Below, piece after piece: positions 20,601 to 34,502 of a DNA stretch of 64,000 nt (within the stretch, counting starts at the first letter, position 1; every line of letters starts with the position of its first letter). The notes under the pieces were generated by a model. It had not been told where the DNA came from. It did no database searches and saw nothing but the letters and a program-made list of their open reading frames with translations. The stretch is from Enoplolaimus lenunculus. Lineage: Eukaryota. Made by a program: the position numbers and the translations under genes. The stretch is taken from assembly GCA_030248215.1 (NCBI GenBank), contig JASANG010001329.1:248001-312000 (forward strand), given 5' to 3'.

Positions 20601-22206
20601 ACACCAGTATTGTTAAGCATTTGTACTGAACGGATAACCACCAACGTATAAACAGGCAACCTCGTTTTACTCAAAATATTAGCGAAAACAATACTAAAAT
20701 TTTGTAGTCTCATCGTACAGGCAAATTCTTGGCCAAGTTTTCGGTTTCTTAGCTACGATGATCTGTTTTATAACTTTTTGTGATTGACGAAAGTCGAAAC
20801 AGTTCTGAAAATGCGGATGTGCCCTTACGTCATAGGACAATTTTTAAATTATAAAAATATTAATTTTTAAGGTTGAAAAAATGTGTATATATTTCGAAGA
20901 TTCACATAGCACTGATCATGTCGTTATATATTTGTTTCCAAAGGTAATTTCAGACATACGTACTCGTACAACCAGTTCCTGTCGATATACTATAATTGTT
21001 CAGCAGTACTTAGCTTCTCCAGCCTTATAAGTACAAATTAGCCCCAAATTTCAATGACACTAACTTGTCAGGAAAAAATTGTTGTTTTAATTAAATAGTA
21101 CAGTTCAATGGGTTTTGATACAATGTTTCGAAACGACTAAATAACTAAACACAACTTCGGACTCGCTGTCTATAACACAAAACTGGGACGTTTTCAGAAT
21201 CTCACCTGCTTATCTGGGCACAAAAGCAATACGATATCGACTTGGTGGTCGACCAAGCTCAGCTCTCGATCTGAAACAACAAGATGACACTCGTTACTAG
21301 TATATTAAGTATTTTAATGGAAACATAAATAGTTCAATGAAAACACAAACACTTTTATCGCTGATTCGCGCACAGTTTGGAATTAATCTAAAACACAAGA
21401 ACTCGTACAGGCCTCAACCTAAGTTAAAACTGTGACCCATGTAAAAAACAGCGGCGGAACGATATTCCGTGAGACTGAATTTAATCCTGTTGTTTAAACT
21501 AAATTTCTCGAGTCATTTCGGTTATGCACCAGCCGGCGCTTGTCCCAAAATGATTCAATTCTAAAAATCTTTGCATATTTAAGCTTCTCAAAATCTTCCC
21601 TGATCATTCCACGCCCAAACTTGAATTCTTGAAAAATCGGATTTTTAAGGTCCCAAAATCCCCTTTCAGACCCAAAAAAACTTTTGTCAAATTGCTAGAC
21701 AAGTTATATATACCACTCGACACAGCTTGCTGTGTTGAGTGCAATGGTGTTAAGATTTTCGCCATCAGACGCCTGGCTAACGAGAGTTGGACGTCTGATT
21801 GCAGAAAATTTTACACATTTAACTCAGCTCTGCAATCTGCATCGAATGGTATTTAATTTGTCGAACTTTTTGACAAAATCGTTTCGGGTTTCTAGGGGAG
21901 ACCTTGGGACCTTAAAACTCGAACGTCAAAATCTAAAATTTAGGCGTGTGATGATCTGGAGGGGTCATGACAAGCTCATGTATGCAAAATTTTTTAAAAT
22001 TTCAACCATTTTTGGGCAAACGCCGGCTGCAGGGGCTAACCGAAAACACCCAATTTCTAAGTCTTTTAGTCCGTTAGTTTGAATAATTTCCTAAAATAAA
22101 GTTTAAACTAACCCACTATATATTGATCATCAATAGCATTAACGTTTTTTGTTTTGACTGCAATAATTGCAGCAATAATAATTACTAGCGTTGTTCTTAG
22201 GTGCAT
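17653..22206 (-). CDS. Single-pass type I membrane protein of unknown family (561 aa, 6 exons): signal peptide, ~150-aa ectodomain, TM helix, long low-complexity tail
   Basis: Exons 22206-22113, 21270-21206, 20571-20465, 19917-19760, 19548-19314 and 18679-17653. Introns are GT-AG with phases 1,0,2,1,2, all consistent (1686 nt). N-terminus MHLRTTLVIIIAAIIAV; TM ALLPFGLLLACFVVLLA; basic RIQRKRMKAK; S/Q/R-rich tail. The terminal TAA overlaps a possible gtaaga donor, so the 3' end could extend. Confidence 0.82.
21516..22045. mobile_element. Long-TIR (foldback-like) MITE, ~530 bp
   Basis: TTTCGGTTATGCACCAGCCGGCG pairs with CGCCGGCTGCAGGGGCTAACCGAAA; imperfect arms of roughly 200 bp. A fragment of the arm recurs at ~9625-9745. 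Confidence 0.8.
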
Positions 22207-22480
22207 TTGACACAAATGCGATCACATGAATTGTATTACAGAAAACGGTAAGTGTTTTTGAATACCGCGAATTACGAAACATTAACGTTTAAATAATTTT
22301 AAATATTGTTAAATCCTGAAACAAATATAGATCGTAACTAAGTTTCCACATAAATCTATATTACTAATGCTGGATAACCCCACATATGTATGTTGGGCAG
22401 CGTTCCACCACAGTAACAAAAACTTTCTTTTTACAATATATAGATCGTTACAAAAGAATTTAGAAGCAATAAATTTACTG

Positions 22481-22657
22481 GGCCCGTGTATAGGACAGGG
22501 CCGGATCGTTTTCCGAAGGGGCTGTAACAGAGTCGGTTTAAGCTTTAGACTAAATTTTTTGTTTAGACTTAGGCTTAGGCTTAGGAAGAGGTTCACGCTT
22601 AGGCTTAGGCTGAGGAATATGCATAATATACTAATGTTCCGGCCGTGTTCTATACAT
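22481..22657 (+). mobile_element. MITE family A, subfamily A2 (right tip deleted)
   Basis: Colinear with 7739-7929. Left flank ATTTACTG; right flank retains TACTG. Confidence 0.85.
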
Positions 22658-24474
22658 TACTGAGTTAAATTCTGTCGGCATACGTAAAGCGTGTATTTGG
22701 TTAATGAATGTCTTCTTTGACAGTATACAACATTGCGAAAGCGCTTGAAACCCCGACACATAAAGAAAGTTGCACGTGGATGCAAGTAAAGGATACTAGT
22801 ATGCAAATATTTCGCGATCTTTCTAGACACCCGAGAATTGCTGTATAACCGAAACTTTCAAAAGCATAAATTTCTCATAACACTCAATAGTTGTTTGAGA
22901 CAAAATTGTTATTTGCCAAACATTACGCTTTTGGAATCACTAAAAGTATCGTTAGGCGTTGGAGAAAAATTTGTCAGAAAGTTCAAAAACTTGCGTAAAA
23001 TCCGATGCGTCCGGACAAGCTGAGAGTTGAGTGATGTTAATAGACGCTACAGTAAAGCATGAGAAAATATATCGCACAACAAATGTAATTATTAATTAAA
23101 AAGTAATAAGCAACAATAAAACGCTAATTCACGCAACCTCTTGCAACTTCAAAACAGCTGTTGTTGTTGAACCAATAGTAGTATATCCGGCAAAAATTAA
23201 ATATTTGAAAACAAAAACAAACTTTATTAAACCGCATCGAAACAAATCACCGTACCAAAGTTTACAGATGTAGAATATTGATAAAAGTAAAGATAATGCC
23301 AAAAAAATAAGAACAAATATTTTTGAAAAATTTTATGCCGCGGGTCGTTCGTCATAGCTTATCAAAGCACCATAAAAATCGTTGGGGAGGGGGCAAAATT
23401 TGCCAACATTGTCACGGGTGGAGAAAGATATTTGCATACAGGTTTTCCTTACCCCAAAAAAAGAAATGAGAAGAGAAAAAAAACAGACTGTAAGGATAAG
23501 GTTTACGCTTAGGCGTTTAGGCTCAGCCTTATTGCTTATTGTTAAGCATACGCTTAGGATTAAGCTTTATGTTCAGGATTTAGGCATAGGTTTAGGCTTA
23601 GTGAGGAGGTCTTTCATGGTCCGGAAAATTATATTTAATGCTGGAATAGAAATTCAGCTCATTCCAAGAAGTTTATTATTAACATCGAAGTATGCGAAAA
23701 ATTATTTGCAAACACAGGGCAGTACAATAAGATATACCACAGGAAAACATTAAAAAGGTAAATGTAGCCATGCGACCTTGAGTGTACAGGACTTTTTAAA
23801 TGTATTTTACATCAGAGCTGGTAGAGTGCGCGTCAGACGGCCGTTTTGATATCGGCGGATTGCAGAAATTAAACTTCACCTTTATGCTAGAAATGCTATC
23901 AACTGTGAGGCCAATGTTACTTTTAGAGCCGGAAATGCCCATTAAACATATTCCTGTGCCTAAACCTAAGCAAAAAATAACTGTGAGATAAGTGATAGAT
24001 ATTGACAAATATGAGATTCCATAACACCAAGTTCTGGTTCATCTCGGCACAAATTCACTTCTGAACGCGCCCCGATTTTTATTAGTATGCGGAATTCAAA
24101 AAATATACGTTAAGAAAATATATATAAGCAATAAAATTGCACGAATTACAAACCATATGCGTTTCTTGGCAGGAAATGTTTAATGTTACCGATTTATATT
24201 TGAAAAATTTATTCATTAAACAAGGGAAATTTTGAAATGAACCAGAACCAGAAAGTTATACTTGCAGCCAAAAGACAAAAATAACAAAATTCAAAAGTAA
24301 CCGCATATTGTTCTTTTTTTGTTAACAATCGTTGTTTGTTTCTGTTCATGCTAACTGAAATAGCGAAAATCTCAAAACCTTGGTGCATTGTGGCAGTAAT
24401 ATTAGCGGTCTCGACGGTTCGTCAAGAAGAGGCCAACGTGAACGGTTTTGTTTAAAACCAACAGAAGCCAATCC

Positions 24475-24700
24475 CGCAGATAGGGCTCAAAATGCTTTTA
24501 TCGGCTGGCTCTGGATGAGTATATACTGTAAAATCACTTGCGGATCCGAGAGGGTCACCGAAGCGATGGCCCCCCCCACAGGGCTCAAACCCAAAAAAGG
24601 GCTCAAAATGTTTTTATCGGCTCGTGCTAGAATAAATATATATTCTAAAATCACTTGCAGATCCTAGAGGGTCACACAAACGATGGCCCCCACAGGATTG
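24475..24700. repeat. Two-copy tandem repeat, ~115-120 bp unit
   Basis: GGGCTCAAAATG..TTTATCGGCT...TAAAATCACTTGC.GATCC.AGAGGGTCAC...CGATGGCCCC occurs twice. Confidence 0.8.
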
Positions 24701-25052
24701 AAATCCAAAATTTTGCACCAAGATTTAGTTCTAACCCTTGCGTTCATTGCTTCAAAATTGAATAATATAGATAATAAAACTCTTAAGAAACTTTATAAAC
24801 ATCAAAAATTGCAAAACTGCGATTCGTTATATCAGCTAATTTATACAATGACATTTGTTCCTGCAGTCATAACGTACTCAAAACGCATTATAATTTATGA
24901 GCGGCTTTACAAGCGACACACGAGTCGTAGGCGGCTGCCTTTTTGGAATCGTCTTGCTTAAACGCATCAATATTGTGTATTTTCGAAATCAACCCAAACA
25001 GGAGGTGTTTGATTGAAAAAAAACTATCAGCCCCCCGCCCTGTACGCCGAAA

Positions 25053-25225
25053 CAGAGGCGGATCTAAAAATTTTACACGGGAGCCTCTCGAGCGATTTAA
25101 AGCAAAAAGCTCGTGAGCGAAGCGAATGAGAAACCAGAGCATTTTTATAATTTTGAATATAATTTTGGTTTGAATCTCAGTTGGGGCAACTACTTCTCGG
25201 GACTGCCCCTTGGATCCACCAGTCG
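25053..25225. mobile_element. MITE family G (CAG.GGCGGATCCAG...GGATCCGC.CTG ends; hAT-like), degenerate
   Basis: Similar ends at ~705, 27417-27588, 33546-33732, 34046, 39660-39860 and 53921-54188. Confidence 0.55.
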
Positions 25226-27958
25226 GCAGAAGTTAATTTTAAAACATCTTTCAAACAAAACGCAGTTTTTTACGTACCGGCGTTAATAGTGTACCTGGCA
25301 GTTTGTATAGCGAGTAGACTGAGAGAACACATTTTGATAAAATATCGAAAATTTTAAGGCAAACACTGTTTTTATTTTGCGAAAAAAAATTAAAACAATT
25401 ATTTATTATCGTTTTTTGGTTGCAATTGCAAACTCGCTGCGGAGGTCTTTACCATTGAGGATCAAATTTTCTGTTTCTAAGCTGCTATGATTTTTAACCT
25501 TTGGACGAGGATATTAAAATTTAAAATCAATTCTTAGACTTTATTTTCAAGACAGATTTCCACTGCTAATTATTTGAGCTTGATTTTTAGCCTCAAAATT
25601 TTAGATCAAATACGAGATGTTTATTATAACTGGAAAATACCTCAAATATTCAGGTGCATTCTATAAGATATAAAAATGAAAGTTTCACTGAAAACGCATA
25701 AATCGACATTGATTATTTGCACTTAATACAAGAAAAATTGTAAAAAACGTTGGTCTCTTGCACTTTTTTCTGCGCGTTCGTGGACAAATCCAAAATTTAC
25801 ACTTAGTCTCCGGTTTAGGCTTTTTAATGGCTTTGGCAAAAGCTTCGGCTTATGATTAGGCCGAGGCTAGTCTTTTCCGTAATATTTAAGCCTAAGCCTG
25901 CGCCTAAGTTTGAGCCTGTGGTGGAAACGTGTAGGCACCTGAGTTGAAAGTTGTGACATGGCAACGAAATTATATTTATAAGCCGGAAACTGATTGTAGC
26001 GCTACTCAAAATTAAACGTTTTTATGTTATCTGTCAAAAATGAGGCTTGAGCAAAACATGTATAACACCATGACAGTATTAAGCTGTATTTTTGATTTCA
26101 GCAAAATTTATTTTGTTTATAGAGAGAGGTATGCAACCGGTAAACTCCGTTGCACCTTACGGACTGCACTATTTTTCCATAAATTATCTTTTTAAATGTG
26201 TTTATGTGATTCTTATCATTGCTTGATATAATGATCAGCGTAATAAAATGATGACAGCAGACATCAAAGCAGTTAATTAGCGCCTTTAGTCAGGTGTCGC
26301 AAGTTGCCAGAATCTCCGTTAAAGCTGTTCGGATTCGTTAAAAGTCTTTGTGTAGGCGTTTTTGACAAAAGACAATTTAAAAAAATATTTATTAAACTTT
26401 TCCTTGGTTTGATCGCAAACTTAAAACCAATTATGTTTAATGCTGTCAAAAAATTTCAAGTTGTTTTTTAAATTTTCAGTATCAATTTACTGGTGTGCTT
26501 CAGAATTTAAGGGTGTTTGAAGTGTGAAATATGCATTGTCGAACCTTACCACCAAATCTGAACCGATTGCTTTTGGTCGGTCGATAGAACATAGTTTTTC
26601 TTGGCGTTAAAATACAGGTGTAGCATCGTAATAAACGTCGTTTAATTTTAATAAATTTATTAACTGGGAGACGAGCAGTTAAATCAACTCGGCTGAGTCA
26701 CACATTTTCAACTAAATATATAGCTAAATAGCCGATTCATGTTAGAAATGGTTAACGCAAAAATTTTTAATTACTGTCCGTTCAAAGTAAGATGGGCCTA
26801 ATTGAACATCGTTTGCATACTCGTACAGATTCAGAATTCAGAGCGTCTTAAAGTTTCGCAACAACCAAAATTTAGTCAAATATTTTTGTTAGTTCTTTCA
26901 AAAGCATACCATGAGTCGTTCGGAATGAAGCGACTTTAAGGGGCAAGGTTTATTTGGGTTGAGGGCGCTACCCTGGTCACTGAAAAAAATCAAAACATTT
27001 TAATGTAAAAGTTGCAAATACACAATGAATTGAGAAAATAGTACACAATAAATGAATGACTTATTACATTTCAGACAAGTTTAGCATAGCGCAACAAAAA
27101 AACAAACCAGTTAGTCTAAATGAAATGAGGGTTTTCGAAACTCAAACTATTCCTAAAGATTTATAAAAATTCACAAAAAATCCCATTTTGTGTTGATTAT
27201 AAAACGACTGGAAACTAATTCCCATCTGATGAAACAGAGCCTCGATGCAAAACCTTAATGTTGTGAAAACAAACACAAAAACAGAAAGGTAAATAATTCG
27301 GTGTTCTCCAAATGAACTTAGATTTTAAGCATAATTTAATACTTCCTTACATCAAATACACAGCAAGCATCGTTAAAGTGCTAAATTATTCAATTTTTCG
27401 GAAAAATATTCGAGACTCACGGATCCAGAGAGGGGCAGTGGTTGTGATAAAGTGGTAAGGACCCTCCCTACCTCACAATTTATTTTCCGCTTCAGAAAAC
27501 GGTACATATATTGCATGCAGTAAAAAATTGCGTTTCATAACGTTTGCCAGCCCGCCCCCTCCGTCAGAAATTTCTGAATCCGACACTGTATTCGACTATG
27601 AGAAATTTTGCTCAGGTGGACATATACCGAAATGTTTTAATTTGATCTCAAATGTGTGTTACACGTATTATAAATTGGTAAGTATTGTAAGGTTTGAAAC
27701 AGTGCATGGTAAGTTTCGAAATTCAGCAAATTTTTTCATAGTTGATTGGCCGTACATTACAGTTTAATATCCGCAACTTCTGCAACTCATAATTGAAAGC
27801 TGGCTACAAAATAGCGATAAATGTTGCACATTGTAGGAAGTACAATTCCTTATTACTGTTTGCAGTTTTGTTGCATATAAGGAGCCATTTGAGAATAGGG
27901 CTGACGCAGTTTGTACACATATTGTTACTACAAACATTTTTTATTTCAAGATTTCCAG

Positions 27959-30900
27959 TCATGGCTTAGTTTGCGCTGCTCCATTTACCGTTGATGCCAC
28001 AAGCTGTCCATTCTCGAAGTACTCTTCAATTTCTTCATTTTTAACTAAACTCCTAAACATTAATAGAACGTGAAAGATCAAAACTAAAAAAAGTTATTTC
28101 TTAAGAAATGTGCACTTCTTAACTTAGATTTATGATATTCTCAACACGAAATATGTCGTCATTTCTAGTGGAAACCATGCAATAATAATGTTTCATTAGA
28201 CTTTTTAAATGTTTTAGTTACTCATTACTATTGATTTGTTTTTGGTCTGAAGTCAAAAATAATACTGGAATTTCGCCTTTATTGCGAGTATCTTTAATCA
28301 GTAAAATCTTCGATTCGGTTTCAATTAAGCTTACACAAATTTTCAATTGTAATTGGTCAAATTTCAGTTTTGAGATCAATAAATCTCGTTATAGTTACCG
28401 CTTGTCTAATGTAAGACTGCCAAACACAAGCAAATACTAAGGTTAATGCTTTGTGTTTAGCGAATTTTTAATTTTCATACCAAAAAATTTAATGTTAAAC
28501 TGACTTTTTCTTAATGATCACCGATCCGTCCAAAAACGTTTGCACAGAGAGTTCAATTTTGGTCGGCTGTATTTCGTTATTGTCAGGCCTGAAATTTAAT
28601 AACATAAGAGATCAACGCAAATACCAAGCAGACATTAACCAAATTGCTTCCGGAATTCATATCCGGGCAAACAAATGTTTACGACAATGTACTGCTGTTT
28701 GACTAAATCGATACTACATCTACACTACTGCATGGGTTGCATCCAAAACGGGGCCCATGAAAAGATCAGGGGCGGAATGTTATTCTGTGGGACTGCAATA
28801 GAGTAAGCTTAAGCTTTACACTATTTTTGCTTGGCTTAGGCTCAGGCTTAGGCTAAGGCTTAGGAATAAACTCATTCTTACGTTTAGGCTTAGGCTTAGG
28901 CTTAGCCTTAGATTAGGAATATGCTTATAATGCTGTTCCGCCCCTGTTCTTTACATTGGCCCAAAACTGCAAGAACTGACAAACAGCTGCGGATGGAAAT
29001 GTGTTGCGATGTGTGAATCATGCTCCACATTGGTCAATAACTCAAGTGACACACGACTCACCACTCAAGTTAACATTTAATGGCATATCTACTTAATTAG
29101 ATAACTTTTTATAATACGCTGAGCTAAGCAAAACGCGAAACTGGAATTTCTTCCGAATCCCATTTTCAATGCAGTAAAGGGTTCAAACATTGAAGCACCG
29201 TTCAAAATTTTTGACACAAGACCCGTGACCCATATTCAACTCTGTAAACAAGTTGCAATTATTAAAACCCAAAATTTGTCCGCAATATTAATTGTTAAAA
29301 TTTTCACGAAATACATTTAAACAATTGTTTGATTGGCGTCAAAATTAAAATGCTTACGCAAAAATAGGTCTAAAACATCGCAGAGAACTTACTGTTTAAA
29401 GTACTTCGCATTATCCATATGAACTGCATTCGGAGCTAAATCTGCAACAACGGTGACATACATCACGGTACAACCGAAAAAAACAGACTTGAATAATAAC
29501 GTTGAACTAGTAGCAGCCGTAGTTCGTTTACGCACGCTCTATCCTTACAAAATTAGACTTATCAGTAAACTTAGACGTACTGTTTCTTTCTTAGAACGAC
29601 CTGTTAAATACTGCGAAAAACAATCTTTACTTGTGCTGCAACTGTGCCCAAACTACGAATATGGTGCGTTCCAGGTTTAATATATATTTGATATTATTTC
29701 AATACACTCGAGGAACTGATTTTTAATTTTACATCCAATACATGACGCTTTTTTCTGGTAATTATGGTTGTTCCTCAATAATATTTGACAGCACGATTTG
29801 AACACAACAATTACAGACCTCATAAAAATTTCATTATAAAGCTTTGTTCAACTATAAATACGCTCTAACTGTCACTTAAATCTTCTGCGATTTAATTTTC
29901 AAAAACAATTAGGCCTATGTTTGCAGGCTAAAAGCAATCCCTATGATTCAGTGTCGCGAAGTTGAGAACTGGAAACCAAATTGATTCAGTAGGAATCCAA
30001 TATTTTCTAATCAAGCTGAGGCTGCTCAGAAAATTGGCCCATGTGGAAACGGTCTGTGTGTATTTCATATCCTTCGTTACCACTGCGTCTAAATTGACAT
30101 TTGTTGTTGCATTAAATAAACGTCTAAACTGTCATAGCCAGCCCAATGTGTTACAAGGAACCAAAACAATACAATGAGAACGGTCACTCCACTGACCCGT
30201 AGCCAACTCACCTTGCTATGGCGAGGCTAGAAACTTTCAAGAGGGATATAGAAGGGTTCTCGTTGACTTATAAGGAAGGTTAAAAAAATTTCTAGGGAAC
30301 CTAAAATTTTTCCAGTACGAACTCAGCTCCCCTCCCCACCCTTTGGCTGCGTTTCCACCACTCCATCGTCGAAAAGTTTACATCAACATGTTTACCTGTA
30401 CAAAATTGGTTCGAAAACAAATTTGTGTATTGTTTCCGCTGGTTGTTCCGAGAAACATTTAACGCCGATGATATTGCATCTGAATCGAGATTCAGGGTCT
30501 CTTGGAATATTTTCAACGGTGAACGAGCGCGTGGTGATTTGGTGAACGTTGAGCAAGTTGGCAACAGTGTATTTTGGGCAGTGAATGGCCGTTGCTGCTG
30601 TTGCTCGAGACGGCGGCGTAGGTTGTATTGGCGTCGAAGTTCAGCTAAAATATACATTTACGTAGTCACTGTTTTGAAGAGTTGCAAAATTTCGAAAAGG
30701 TTTTTCTTTGTGTTTCTAACTGAAAAAAGTGCATAAAACCGCTTAACAAAAATTCGACTGAACATTGAAGTTCTTACTGGCAACGCCCTTGAACAAACAC
30801 ATATTAATTTATCTTTATTAAGTTGAACTCCTGGTATATATTAGTGATGGGCATCGGATTTTTTTCATATTCAGATATCCGGCAATTGTTGCAGTAATAT

Positions 30901-33829
30901 TTCCCGATAGCCTTATATCCGAAATAAAATTTTCTATTTCGGACATCTGAAACAAAATTTTGCGCTTTTTTGGGTTTCCGAACGTCAATTTTCGTTATGT
31001 TACATTGTTAAAGTAATATTGGTCAATATGTTCAGGACCTGCTGTAGTCTTAATATATAAGAACATAACGCGGATTTCGCTCCTTATAGCCTCCTCTAAT
31101 TATTTCACTTAAATTTCAATTTTTCAAGACTTGAACATATACATTTACTTATTGAGATCTTATATGGACTACAGGGGAGCGGAACCAAAAATGCATTTTC
31201 AAGAGTTCAGAAATCTATATTTTTCATATATTATTGGGTAAAACCGACGCACTGAATTGATTTGCGTCATTTTTTGCGCTTGACAACTGATTTAGCGCAC
31301 CCAATAACTATTAATTTTACGACACAAATGTAGAAGGAAAGTTTTTTGCAGCAACCTAATTTTTTGAATGAATTTTGTGTACTTTTTCTGCTCTCATGCT
31401 GGAAGGTTGTGGCTTCGTTGAACCTTCCGCATTTGAAACGAATTGGCTTTACGTTTATTTTTTACAAAATCTCGTTATCTTTTTGCCGCAAAATTGAACC
31501 AAACATTAAAACGAAACGCACCAATTTTAAAAAATGAGCAAAATTTTTCTACTAAATTTGCAGGAACTTCTGGCAGAAATTTAACCTTAGCCGGAGCCCA
31601 AGCCGAAGGTCGATATTCTGACTGAGCCGAAACCGGAGTCAAAGGCAGACCTCCGGTTGTACTCTGGAACACACTGAGGTGTTAAAAACCTACGATCTGA
31701 TAGCGTTTGATACGCTTCGGTGATTGCAATAAAGCGTTTCTCGGCATGCTTTGATGATGTCGTTGTTTTATCCGGATGATGTTTGAGTGCTAGTTTGTGG
31801 TAACTGAAACAAATCATACCAATGTCGACGGCTTATGTAAGCATTAACTTTTTCACCTATTAATGTCATAGTATTTATGTCAGTTTACTGACAATGCTTT
31901 TGTCTTATGTTTTTTGAAATAGTAATTTAGACGTATTGTTTTATTACTATTTTTTGCCGTAAACCCTTGGGAGCAGCCAGAATATTTTGTGTGGCCAGAA
32001 AATTGACCAAATTGCCAAAACGTCAATTTTGTACAACGTTTAAGTCTTTTTATTTCTGGAAAAAATTGCTTAGGAAACCAATGAGGTGAACCTGATCTCT
32101 ATTGCACGTGCTTGCACAACGCCTATGTCTAGAGAATTTCGGCTTGATTTTTTGGGGAAACATTAATGATAATGGTGAGAAAGGATTATGCCTCTGTTTC
32201 CACGCTTTTGCAGCGTGTAAATCGTAGGTCGATCGGCTAAGGAAATAAGTTAGGTGTTTGCTGCAATGTTTTGTTCAACGTTGTTATTGCTCTTTTAGCT
32301 AAAATATTTTGCTTATATAATTTTGCGTTTTCATAATGGTTATAGGTGTATTTTAAATATTCTTAAAATAAATTGTTGGTATGTGTACTAAATGCACAAT
32401 TGTTTTGGCGGTTTGGTTCAGCACAGTAAAGGCAACACTAGTTTTGTCAACCGGCATCCCAGAAACACAAATTTCTATCTATTTTCTGGTCCACAGTGGA
32501 GTTGCAACATTTAAAAATTAATACTAAGCCCTGGAACTTCTCAAAGTCGAAACCAGAACACGGACTTAACTCAGGAGTTTTTCGGTAAAAATACCCGGAA
32601 TACCCGGAAGCAAGTCAAGTGCAAAGCCACAAAATTTGTGAGACCTTGTATGAAATTGTTCGAATACCAGCATTAGTTAGCAATAATATCCTAGTTGAGT
32701 GCTTTGAGATCAATTGAGGTTTTTCATTACCGAAAAATATGTTCAATTGCAAAACCGACCGATACTTGTTTAAAATTTTCCTCAAAAACAGTCCCGCTAC
32801 ACATACCTAATGACTGGGATAATAAGCTAGCTTCAAGACAGGCCTCTGATTCGCCTTAGGCTAAGCCATGGGCTTAGGTGTATGGCTAATCGTCGGTTTT
32901 GGAATATGATAAGCAATTAATTTGCCGAAAGTTAGGCTTTTTATCAAGTCAACACTGATGTGTGGCTAATTGTACATGCACTACCGCATCTCTGCAGCAC
33001 CGCATATACCATAATCTATCAACAATCTTGATTAAGTTGTCTTATTAATCATAATTTCAGAGTTTAGGTGGGCTACGATTTGGAAATTTTTTGGTTTCGC
33101 TTTTGAAATTTTGGTTTATGATGTTTTTATCGCTGCCGTTAGTTTGAACTTTTAACGAGAGTTTGGATCAATGTTAATTACTGTGAGGTGTGTAAGCGTA
33201 CAATAAATTAGATAATGATTTTTTACTCGTAGCTCATTGGGTCTTGTACTGGTTCCCCTAACTTTCGCTTAGGCTTTAGCTCAGGAAAAGGCTTATTCAT
33301 GCCTAAGCCTTACCCTTACTTGTAGGAGAGTGTACAAAAGCCGCTTGTTCAATACAGTTTTTCGTAAAAGTAAAGTAGGTGGATTATGATAGATGCGGTG
33401 TCGCAAAGATGCGAATGTGTACTAAAGCCGAGGGTAAAAGTATCCAATTACCGTCTTATACCTTGAGATGTAAACTTTTGTTGAGTCTTCAAGCAACATG
33501 CTTTTATCTCATTCAATTTTCTGTAACTTGAAAAACCAATTGTATCAGCTTCGGATCCAGAAATTTCTGCCGGAGGAGAGGGATGACAAAAGTTATGAAA
33601 CGCAATTTTTACTGCATGCTATATATGTGCCAATTTCGTGAAAGTGAAAAATGTAAGGTGGAAACCTTACCATTTCATCACAAAAAATTTATGACGGAGG
33701 TCGGCGTACGCCGCCCTGTTTATCCGCTACTGATTATACTTACGCTTTTCGTATAATGTCGATTGACGCATATTCGGAGACTCCAAGGATGGTATAGTAA
33801 GATTGTGATTGAATTGTATAGTTTTCCAT
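27959..33829 (-). CDS. DNAJB6: DnaJ/Hsp40 co-chaperone, DNAJB6/B2/B8-like (223 aa, 6 exons)
   Basis: Exons 33829-33744, 31803-31694, 30644-30396, 29441-29393, 28588-28505 and 28052-27959; GT-AG with consistent phases (672 nt). J-domain: [32 protein letters not shown]...FIAITEAYQTLSDPELRRQY. The C-terminus TFLDGSVIIKKKSLVKNEEIEEYFENGQLVASTVNG resembles the DNAJB6 beta-sheet CTD (..EEDGQLKSLTING). The symbol indicates the subfamily, not proven 1:1 orthology. Confidence 0.85.
28752..28961 (+). mobile_element. MITE family A (carries TTAGGC)
   Basis: GGCCCATG...CATTGGCC ends; flanks CAAAACGG and CAAAACTG (7/8). Lies in a DnaJ intron. Confidence 0.9.
30194..30356 (+). mobile_element. MITE family D
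   Basis: GACCCGTAGCCAACTCACCTTGCT ... TTGGCTGCG ends. Confidence 0.65.
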
Positions 33830-34502
33830 GCCGTATGAAATATCGTTGTTCGTCTGATTTGTTGCATTAAATATTTAAGCTGGGTTGTCAGAAATGTTAC
33901 AGCCGATTACTTGGCCCCTGATAGGCAGTGCGATAATAATAGTAAAGCATTTTCATTTTAAATAATACCCTACTAGGTACATGTCGGTATTGACAAATGA
34001 ACCTAAAGTTTTTCTTGTATTTTTAATTGATAATAGATTTATGTTCAGCGGTGGATCAAAAAAATTTCTAACTGGGGGGCTGGCAAACAGTTTTTCAATA
34101 GTATTTTTTACACACGGTCGCATGCAATAACGGAACCGAGTGATACATTCTCTGATGAAATTTCATACGGAACCCCAAGAGTTCGATACTCTTGCCATCA
34201 TCCACTCTTCGTAGAATTAAAACAATATTTTTCGTTCTGTACTGTCACATAGAAAACTTATAAATAAGGCTATAACCTCCCGAAATTTAGATCCTGGCTA
34301 GGCTACGTGCCTGTGCTGCCACAATACATCTAAAAGCTAACAGTTTCTTTGTTAATAAACTGTAAAGCACAAGGACATGTATGAATGTTATGACCTGAGA
34401 ATTGATATAAAGATAACGTCAATGATCACCTGATGCACAGCCCTAAGCGTAAATCTGATGATTACCGTTTGAAAATGGTGAGAAGATGGTATTTAAATGC
34501 AT

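Noticed and set aside
28830..28915. True telomere or chromosome-fusion scar
   Set aside because: The tracts are short and degenerate, enclosed by TIRs and TSDs, and not arranged head-to-head.
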